Positions 57,133-64,000 of a DNA stretch of 64,000 nt are shown piece by piece. Position 1 is the stretch's first letter. Every line of letters begins with the position of its first letter. The stretch is from Nitrososphaeria archaeon (GTDB taxonomy: Archaea; Thermoproteota; Nitrososphaeria; Nitrososphaerales; JAAOZN01): contig JARVJZ010000001.1 of assembly GCA_029775855.1 (NCBI GenBank), forward strand, positions 192,001 to 256,000, given 5' to 3'. The notes under the pieces are model-generated. The model made no database searches and had not been told where the DNA came from. It saw nothing but the letters and a program-made list of their open reading frames with translations. Made by a program: the position numbers and the translations under genes.

Positions 57133-57885
57133 TTGAAATACGGTAATATTATGTCTAGCACTGTGATTAAAGATATAAAGATAGCTGTAATCGGCGGCGC
57201 TGGGTTAGAAGGTAGAGCAATAGCATCAGAACTTGCAGCATCAGGATATGAAGTCTATATAGGCTCCAGAAACCTCTTTAGAGCACAAGAAGCAGCCCAA
57301 AAGATCGCAAAGACACGAGGTCTAAATGAGGAAAGAGTTATAGGAGCAACAAATGTAGAAGCCGCTAAAGCAGCCGATCTCGTGTTTCTAACAATACCAT
57401 ATGAAGCACTTAAAGACACGCTAGACCAACTTGCACAACATCTTATCGATAAACACATCGTCGATGTTATAGTTCCTTATAAACTCCGCTCACCCATGCT
57501 TCTTAATACAAGGCAGCTCGATAGGTATAGAAGCCACTTTGGCCCAGGGAAGAGCCCCTCAGTCACAGAAGAGATCTATCTATATCTACAAGAGGCTACT
57601 CAGCGTAGACCACACATTACAGCAGCACTTAAGACGCTCTCCTATAAGACGCTTGCTCTAAGCAAGAACATGAAGGAACCTATCCTAACTTGGGGTTACA
57701 ATTCAGAAGACATGCAGATTCTACTAAGCATCTTAAGGCAAGTCTTCCCAAACGCTGAATTAGTTGAAGTGCCTCAGATGTATTGGAGATCAGTAGAAGG
57801 GGTCTGTGAACTCATAAGATTCTTGACGCTGCAAGGCGTGAAGATAGAAGCATTAAACTTCTCGTATAGCCAAAGTAAGCAGTAA
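57133..57885 (+). CDS. Divergent F420-dependent NADP oxidoreductase (Fno/NpdG)-like protein
   Basis: IAVIGGAGLEG, IGSR, N.EAA..AD.VFLTIPY in the N-terminal half; C-terminal half diverged. Confidence 0.65.
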   Translation: MKYGNIMSSTVIKDIKIAVIGGAGLEGRAIASELAASGYEVYIGSRNLFRAQEAAQKIAKTRGLNEERVIGATNVEAAKAADLVFLTIPYEALKDTLDQLAQHLIDKHIVDVIVPYKLRSPMLLNTRQLDRYRSHFGPGKSPSVTEEIYLYLQEATQRRPHITAALKTLSYKTLALSKNMKEPILTWGYNSEDMQILLSILRQVFPNAELVEVPQMYWRSVEGVCELIRFLTLQGVKIEALNFSYSQSKQ

Positions 57886-57910
57886 AATACTTTATAACCC
57901 ACGCTTTAAG

Positions 57911-58225
57911 TTGTATCTGGGGATGCATACAACTAAGAGCACACCATTCACTGGGCTGGTATTAATCATCCTTTCAATAATAACGTTAAAGCTGGATGCA
58001 CCCTTATTTGCAGCGACTTCATTTCTTATGGTTATATTAGGGCTCATCCTTATACTTCTACCAGATCTAAAAGGGGTAAAGATGAAGCCTCGACAATACT
58101 CACTTAGAGAACCTTCAACCTCCACAACTTCAGCAAATGAATGGACAGACAAATGTGTAATCTGCGGTAAGCCTGTGCCGCCTGATGTAGCGTACTGCGA
58201 TGAATGCTCTAAGAAAAGAGGTTAA
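57911..58225 (+). CDS. Small 2-TM protein with C-terminal Zn ribbon
   Basis: Two hydrophobic helices; CVICGKPVPPDVAYCDEC. Confidence 0.7.
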   Translation: MYLGMHTTKSTPFTGLVLIILSIITLKLDAPLFAATSFLMVILGLILILLPDLKGVKMKPRQYSLREPSTSTTSANEWTDKCVICGKPVPPDVAYCDECSKKRG

Positions 58226-58234
58226 AGCGCTCTG

Positions 58235-58360
58235 CTACCACTTTCTTCTATCGCCTTCAAGTAGACCCTTACCAATATGAACTTGGTCAATATGCTTTGA
58301 GAGGGCAGCCTTATCTGGGAAGACAGAGTCACAATATGGACATCTTACACCTTCAACCAT
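58235..58360 (-). CDS. Small C2H2 zinc-finger protein (41 aa; ATG at 58360)
   Basis: CPYCDSVFPDKAALSKHIDQVH followed by GLLEGDRRKW. Confidence 0.75.
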   Translation of the reverse strand: MVEGVRCPYCDSVFPDKAALSKHIDQVHIGKGLLEGDRRKW

Positions 58361-58410
58361 ATGCTCTACACCAACACAAGTAGTAAATATATAGTTAGAT
58401 AGATAAACAT

Positions 58411-58968
58411 TTAAGCCCTCCACCAATCAAAAGTGATAAACTCAACACGCTTTTGAACCACATCCGCAACAGCCAAGATGAACTGCTTCCTCACAGTAGT
58501 AGCTAACCTACCTGATAGAATAATTCTGGTAGCAGTGAGATCTTGGGAAGGTTTGACGACTTCAACAAGATAAGGTGCGTGGTCTATTCCGGGACCATGC
58601 TCATAGACTGCAAAATCACAACCAAACTTGATTCCAGGGCTTACAACTAACCCCGCATCTCTAAGATTTCTATACACCAGATACTTCTCTGGGAATTCAA
58701 TGTACTCAGACTCACAGATCTTCTTTAACATCTTTATACCAACCTTACTATGTAAAGGAGATCGCCTTATTGTAATCCTACCGCGCTCCAAAAGATAGTA
58801 TCCCTCTATTAAATCGAGAACCAAAGGTGCGTTGAATTCAGCGTTTTTAGGCTTAGGTATACCTAACGGCTTACCGTAGAAGCCTTCTTTAAAAAGGGAC
58901 CTTGCATCCTCAATGCTCCAGATGATTATTCTGTTTCCGACAAGCTCTGCGGGTATAGCAGCGCTCAA
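58411..58968 (-). CDS. endA: tRNA-splicing endonuclease, catalytic alpha subunit
   Basis: GIKFGCDFAVY..GPGIDHAPY, RLATTVRK (Y/H/K triad); GFYGKPLGIPKPK loop. Confidence 0.95.
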   Translation of the reverse strand: MSAAIPAELVGNRIIIWSIEDARSLFKEGFYGKPLGIPKPKNAEFNAPLVLDLIEGYYLLERGRITIRRSPLHSKVGIKMLKKICESEYIEFPEKYLVYRNLRDAGLVVSPGIKFGCDFAVYEHGPGIDHAPYLVEVVKPSQDLTATRIILSGRLATTVRKQFILAVADVVQKRVEFITFDWWRA

Positions 58969-58979
58969 TCTAAATTACC

Positions 58980-59633
58980 TTATAGGCTGAGGGCTATTAC
59001 TGTTACTGAATCAGCAGCTTTGAGGCATTGATCTGCCATGCTCTCGACTCTTTCAATTATGTCCTTCAAGACAAGCACCTCTTTTAACGAGTCTAACTCG
59101 TTCAGCAACCTTAAGGTAAGCGCCCTATATTGGTCATCAACTTGCCTCTCGATCTTCTGAATGCTGTTAGTGAGCTCTAACACCATACTTGGGTTTATAG
59201 TCAATGCTCTCACAACCTCGTTGAGCCGGTGTATCATCTCAACCGCCAAGTCAATCACCGAACCGAGATCCTTCAACATAGTAGTCTTCTTAAAGTCCTT
59301 AAGCTTGAAGCCAGCCAACCTAAAGGCAGCGCTAGATATGTAGCTAGAAATTTCCTCAATATCATAAGCCGCGCGTAAAACATCCTCCCGATTTATTACC
59401 ATAGGTCCGAGTTCCGCAAGCTCCCTAGTCAGCATCCGTCTTAGATTCTCTACATCATCCTCCGCCTTCATAATCTTCTCAACAGATGCGTTAAGCGTTT
59501 GCTGGTCGTTAGAGACAACCGCCGGAAAGGTTTCAGAAAGTTCTCTAGCAGCGTCAAGCACACGCCTAGTCTCATCTTGGAGAATAGAGAGCGTCTTTCT
59601 CCTTGCTTGAAGTTCTGTACCACCGCTGAACAT
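58980..59633 (-). CDS. DUF47/PhoU-like protein
   Basis: Helical repeats AEDDVE...REDV, IERQVDD, ESMADQC. Confidence 0.85.
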   Translation of the reverse strand: MFSGGTELQARRKTLSILQDETRRVLDAARELSETFPAVVSNDQQTLNASVEKIMKAEDDVENLRRMLTRELAELGPMVINREDVLRAAYDIEEISSYISSAAFRLAGFKLKDFKKTTMLKDLGSVIDLAVEMIHRLNEVVRALTINPSMVLELTNSIQKIERQVDDQYRALTLRLLNELDSLKEVLVLKDIIERVESMADQCLKAADSVTVIALSL

Positions 59634-59700
59634 AGATTTCCAATAAATGTCGGGACAGTTTATTAATAATTTTTACTATCGCCTTATCTAACCGGCTTCC

Positions 59701-60753
59701 TTAACCTGATGCAAATAAGTGCTCTCTACGCTTTAGCCACTCCATCTGCTCTGGTGTAAGCTTATCTTCTACAACAGGGTTCCTCAAGATGCCTATATTC
59801 TCGATCTCTGCTTCAACAACGTCGCCTGGCTTAAGCCAGTAGGGCGTGGGGTCGGGTGTTCTGAACGCAGCAACACCAGACACGGTTCCTGTGGTGATTA
59901 TGTCGCCAGGCTCAAGGGTCATCACAGACCAGTGTGAAACTATCTCATTTATCTTGACAGATAGGTGGTTGGTGTTTGAAACTTGCCTCGGATCGCCGTT
60001 TACTCTAAGCTCTATTTTGAGGTTGTGCACATCTCCAATAGCCTCTTTAAGTGTTATACACGGCCCCAAGGGTGCAAATGTGTCTAGGTTCTTACCTAGG
60101 TTCAATAGACCGTTCTTCATCTCGTTGCGCTGGATATCTCTTGCAGTAATATCGTTAAAGACGGTGAAGCCTGCTATGTGATCCCAAGCCTTATTCTCAG
60201 TGATATATCTACCGCCCTTTCCTATAACTATAGCCATCTCTATTTCGTGATCAAGCTTCTTTGTCAACTTAGGGTAGATAATAGGCTCATCTGGACCTAT
60301 TATGGCTGAAGGAGCCTTAAGAAAGGATATCCAAGGCGGTATAGGAAACTCCCAGCCAGCCTGACCTCCCTCCTTGGCATGCTCCCTAAAATTGCCAGCT
60401 GTGTGGATAATTTTCCCAGGTCTTATAGGTGCTTTAATCTTAACAGTAGATAAATCAAAGACCATTGGCTCGTCGCAAGGTCCGCATACCTGCTGACCTT
60501 TATTCAGCTTTTCAGCAACATAGCTCCCCGCTTCCTTCACAGCGTTCAGAGAGCGTTCTCCGCCACGTAGCATACTCAGCATACATGGCGGTACAATTGT
60601 CGAAGCTAACAGATATGGTTGTGTTTCACCACGATCTCTTAAAAGCTTTGCATAAGCTAGTGTAAGGTCAACAACTTTATTATCATACAGAAAGCCTATT
60701 CGCTCTTGCTTATAGTATGGTTCTACAAAGGTAACAAGCTTCATACTCCACAC
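59701..60753 (-). CDS. Fumarylacetoacetate hydrolase family protein
   Basis: FLKAPS, DHEIE, NDITARD, GKNLDTFAPLGP, GDIITTGT. Confidence 0.93.
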   Translation of the reverse strand: MWSMKLVTFVEPYYKQERIGFLYDNKVVDLTLAYAKLLRDRGETQPYLLASTIVPPCMLSMLRGGERSLNAVKEAGSYVAEKLNKGQQVCGPCDEPMVFDLSTVKIKAPIRPGKIIHTAGNFREHAKEGGQAGWEFPIPPWISFLKAPSAIIGPDEPIIYPKLTKKLDHEIEMAIVIGKGGRYITENKAWDHIAGFTVFNDITARDIQRNEMKNGLLNLGKNLDTFAPLGPCITLKEAIGDVHNLKIELRVNGDPRQVSNTNHLSVKINEIVSHWSVMTLEPGDIITTGTVSGVAAFRTPDPTPYWLKPGDVVEAEIENIGILRNPVVEDKLTPEQMEWLKRREHLFASG

Positions 60754-60824
60754 ACCTTATACCTTCAACAACTATTATTTAATAATCTTTATGTAAAAAG
60801 ATTGTGGATGAGCCTTTGATAGGC

Positions 60825-62138
60825 TCATCTGAATAGGTCTGGTCTCACCTCTTCCCTAGTCTTGCTGCACACATCTAGCGCAACTAGTGTGTAGACTTTT
60901 GTGCAGTCATAGAGGTCTTGTACGCTGATATATTCTCTATCTCGATCTGAGAGTGTAAGCCCCTTGATCTTTCTGCCGCCTGAAGGGCCGTAGTTGACCG
61001 CTCTAGCACCTACTGAGTTCAGTGGTGGGGCGTTGGAGTACCAAAGCTCGTATATTATTTCTGGCTCAGAGCCTAGGACCTTTTTGTGATTCTCTTTTAT
61101 TGACTTCACGATATATTCGTCTTCACTTATCTCTGTGGGTGGATTAGAGCAGAAGGGTGTTAACTCAAGCTTAAGGGTTGGATCCTCTGTGTTCAATTCG
61201 TGTATAACCTTCTCGAGCTGAGCCTTTACGTGGAGAGGGGTCATTCCAGGAGGATACCTAATGTCAAGGTAAATGCTTACTGAGTCGGGTGTCCTAGAGC
61301 TCTTCCAAGGTCTACCACCTTGTATCGAGGCTATGTTGACGATTCCACGATACCCCTTGTAGACGGTCTTCGCTTCAAACTCCTTCTTCCACTGGCTTAG
61401 CCTCTGGATCACTTTGGGTATCTGCTCGATCTTATTAGGCACATCTCTAGACCAAGCGGTGTGCACAACAGTGCCTCCTGTTGCTGTGATCTTAGCCCAA
61501 AATGAGCCGAAGTGTCCAATCATAAGCTTAAGACCTGTAGGTTCACCTAATATGGCGAAGTCTGGTACTATACCGTGTGTGGCTGCGTACGCTGCGCCAT
61601 AGCCGTAGCCTCGGTAGAACTTTCCTGTGTATTCGTCCACCTGTGAAGCCTCTATTTCGCCGACTGTTGCTGTAAGCATGATGTCGCCTTTTAGCTTCAC
61701 TCCAGATTCAACTATGGCTTTCACCGCGCCTAAGTAGGCTGCGTGTGCACCCTTCATGTTAAAGCTTCCTGCTCCAAAGATCCATTCTTCACCTTGGACT
61801 GTTGCTACTCTCCCTATGTCTGCGGTTGTTGCGCCTCTCATCCAAGGCTCTTTGCCTGTGAAGGAGACATCCAAGTGCCCATCAAACTGTAAAGTAGGTC
61901 CTCCGCCGGTACCTCTAAGTATGCCTATAACGTTGGTTCTACCTTCTTCAACTTCCTGCTTGATTACTTGAAGCCCGAGGTCAAGGTATCTGTTTTCCAT
62001 GTAGGCAGCCATCTCAGCTTCTGAGCCTGTTGGGCTCATGATACGCACCATCTCAACGACCCACTTCTTGAGTTCCTCGCGGTCGATCTTACTTAACACC
62101 GCGTTCACATCTATAGTACTCGACAACCTCTTCACCAA
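60825..62138 (-). CDS. M20/ArgE-DapE family metallohydrolase with altered metal ligands
   Basis: SPTGSE, GHLDV, GSFNMKG, GEIE, GEPT, NYGP. Confidence 0.85.
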   Translation of the reverse strand: MVKRLSSTIDVNAVLSKIDREELKKWVVEMVRIMSPTGSEAEMAAYMENRYLDLGLQVIKQEVEEGRTNVIGILRGTGGGPTLQFDGHLDVSFTGKEPWMRGATTADIGRVATVQGEEWIFGAGSFNMKGAHAAYLGAVKAIVESGVKLKGDIMLTATVGEIEASQVDEYTGKFYRGYGYGAAYAATHGIVPDFAILGEPTGLKLMIGHFGSFWAKITATGGTVVHTAWSRDVPNKIEQIPKVIQRLSQWKKEFEAKTVYKGYRGIVNIASIQGGRPWKSSRTPDSVSIYLDIRYPPGMTPLHVKAQLEKVIHELNTEDPTLKLELTPFCSNPPTEISEDEYIVKSIKENHKKVLGSEPEIIYELWYSNAPPLNSVGARAVNYGPSGGRKIKGLTLSDRDREYISVQDLYDCTKVYTLVALDVCSKTREEVRPDLFR

Positions 62139-62210
62139 TTGGTTAGCATCACAACTAATATTTAAGACTGTCCGATTTGTGAAAAGCCGTCAAGTGAAAA
62201 ATAAGTGGGA

Positions 62211-62235
62211 AGGCGTGAATACTTTATCCACGCCT
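62211..62235. terminator. Hairpin AGGCGTG-N11-CACGCCT just downstream of the SDR gene
   Basis: 7-bp inverted repeat in the intergenic space; function inferred from position only. Confidence 0.35.
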
Positions 62236-62240
62236 ATCGT

Positions 62241-63086
62241 TTATGCACCTGGCATGCTGAAGCCGCCGTCACATATTACAAGGTTTCCAGTCATGTGGAA
62301 TGAGTCTTGTGAGGCAAGGAACATAACGATGTGAACTATGTTTTCTGGTTTGCCTATGCTTCTAAGCGGCGTGTGGTCTATTATCCACTTTTTACGTTGT
62401 GGTGTCCAATCCTTTCTAGCTCTAAGTGATTCGGTATCCATATATCCAGGGCCGATTGCGTTTACTCTAACGAAGGGTGCAAGTGCTAGAGCATAGGATT
62501 TTGTGATTCCTAATACACCGTATTTTGCTGCAGCGTATTCGGGAGCTCTTGGACTTCCTGTTACGATTACGTTGGAGCAGACGTTGACTATTGTGCCGCT
62601 TTTTTGTAGATCAAGCATTCGGCTTCCGAATTCGTGTGTGCAGAGTAGTGTTCCTTTGACGTCTAGTCTAAGTGTCTCATCTATAATCTCTTCATTTAGG
62701 TCTCGCCAAGACATCTTAGTAGCCGCTGTTTCTCCAGCGTTGTTTATCAGTACATCGCACCTACCAAATTCCTGCCAAACTTTGTCAGCCATAGCTTTGA
62801 CTTGGTCGTATTTTGACACGTCTGCTTGAACCGCGATTGCTTTTCTGCCTTTCGCCTGAATCTCCTTCACAACGTTATTTGCAGCTTCTGCTGATTTAAC
62901 ATAGTTTACGACAACGTGTGCGCCTTCGTCTGCTGCTGTTAAGGCTATTAATCTGCCGAATCCTCTTGACGCACCTGTGACAACTACTATCTGGTCGTAT
63001 AGTCTCTTTCCGGGTGGTGTTGGTCTTCTTACCCAGTCGATTTCTCCTTCTACTTTAACGCTTCCTGGTGCTGTACCCCAGCTCAT
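62241..63086 (-). CDS. Short-chain dehydrogenase/reductase
   Basis: TGASRGFG, NNAG, YAAAK, VNAIGPG, DGG. Confidence 0.94.
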   Translation of the reverse strand: MSWGTAPGSVKVEGEIDWVRRPTPPGKRLYDQIVVVTGASRGFGRLIALTAADEGAHVVVNYVKSAEAANNVVKEIQAKGRKAIAVQADVSKYDQVKAMADKVWQEFGRCDVLINNAGETAATKMSWRDLNEEIIDETLRLDVKGTLLCTHEFGSRMLDLQKSGTIVNVCSNVIVTGSPRAPEYAAAKYGVLGITKSYALALAPFVRVNAIGPGYMDTESLRARKDWTPQRKKWIIDHTPLRSIGKPENIVHIVMFLASQDSFHMTGNLVICDGGFSMPGA

Positions 63087-63181
63087 TTTAGATCGGTAGT
63101 TGATAGGCTTATATGTTATTTAAGTTAATCTACATGTTTGAAAAAGGATTAACTTGGAAAAAATAGAGAAGGGGGTCTTTG

Positions 63182-64000
63182 TTAAGCTAGGGCTATAGGT
63201 CTGATTAGAGAGGCTTCTCCGCCTTTGATCTTTAGGGGTAGTACTATTACTGTTGAGACGTATTGCTTGTCTTTCGCGAGCGCCTCTAGGTTAAGGCTCT
63301 TCATTACATATATGCCGTTGTCTGAGAGGAAGATGTTGTGGCATTCGAAGGGCTTGGGGACACCTATAGCAAGGTTGTCTATGCCGAAGAGCCTAATCTT
63401 CTTGGCTGCCAGCCACCTCGCCCCGTCAGCACCCAAACCAGCGAATTTATGTAGATAGGCGTCAGCATCGGTCTGGAAGTATCTTGAATAGCCTGTTCTA
63501 ACTAGAACGCAGTCGCCTTCTTTGATCTCTACGCCTTCTTTCTTCGCAGCGCCATCCAAGTCCTCGGGTCTTATTTCATACCTCTCGGGCAATATGTCAA
63601 GACCTTTGTATGCTGGTATGTCAAGGAGTACGCCTCTTAAGACGAGTGGTGGAACCTTCTCCATGCTGTGTAATGGCTCAGGCAGATTAACGTAGCCTTT
63701 ATCTTGCTGATAAGGTGTTATGTCGTGCCCCAGAACCTTTAGATTTCTTGACATGTGTATTGGCACATCGAAGTGTGTGCCTGCGTGCATAGATGTGACG
63801 ATGAGGCTTATGGAGTCAGCGAATCCTGGTGCGATCTCTTTGAATAGTTCTTTTGTGTGCTCGTGGTAGCGGTAGAGGAAGAAGAGGAAGGGTGGGTCAG
63901 CTGGGTGAACTGGCATACCCCACCAATATGGCTGACCTAGATCATACACCTTGGCTTTGCTAATCACATCCCATAACGCTTGACCAGACAATTCAAGCAC
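63182..64000 (-). CDS. Cyclase/kynurenine formamidase (KynB-like) family metallohydrolase, possibly 5' truncated
   Basis: HAGTHFDVPIH, VLVRTG, GID, H..FL, PLKIKGGEASLIRPIA. Confidence 0.9.
   Translation of the reverse strand: MLELSGQALWDVISKAKVYDLGQPYWWGMPVHPADPPFLFFLYRYHEHTKELFKEIAPGFADSISLIVTSMHAGTHFDVPIHMSRNLKVLGHDITPYQQDKGYVNLPEPLHSMEKVPPLVLRGVLLDIPAYKGLDILPERYEIRPEDLDGAAKKEGVEIKEGDCVLVRTGYSRYFQTDADAYLHKFAGLGADGARWLAAKKIRLFGIDNLAIGVPKPFECHNIFLSDNGIYVMKSLNLEALAKDKQYVSTVIVLPLKIKGGEASLIRPIALA

Noticed and set aside
1-64000. CRISPR arrays, IS elements, inteins
   Set aside because: No regularly spaced repeats or transposase motifs seen; InfB, TopoVI and ArlI have normal lengths. This was checked by eye only.

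Overview
Archaeal chromosomal segment, most likely from a TACK lineage resembling a deep-branching Nitrososphaerota/Thaumarchaeota. This is inferred from the Dph5-DUF357 fusion, DUF1512, an unlinked 5S rRNA, intron-containing tRNAs, an EndA with the crenarchaea-specific loop, and topo VI. Most of the window is housekeeping: translation, cofactor synthesis, topo VI and redox enzymes. Three blocks look accessory. (1) An archaellum locus (4.1-14.0 kb) beside tRNA-Lys carries V4R, Roadblock, EVE and AbrB genes and two ArlF-like paralogues; no che genes occur in the window. (2) A compact four-gene operon (32.6-37.6 kb) beside tRNA-Ala encodes an Lrp-HTH/V4R regulator, a KaiC-like ATPase, an intact GH3-family acyl-amido synthetase and a 7TM-sensor/DUF835 protein. 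It is the best candidate for an undescribed small-molecule signalling system. (3) A FAH/M20/SDR/cyclase catabolic cluster runs off the right end. Also found were an unusual single-kink C/D-like guide RNA whose D+5 position maps to 16S C1402, a tRNA-Ala with a 23/24 intron, and a 47-aa YHS ORF missing from the ORF track. No CRISPR array, transposase or integrase was seen. All calls come from reading motifs by eye, without database searches.
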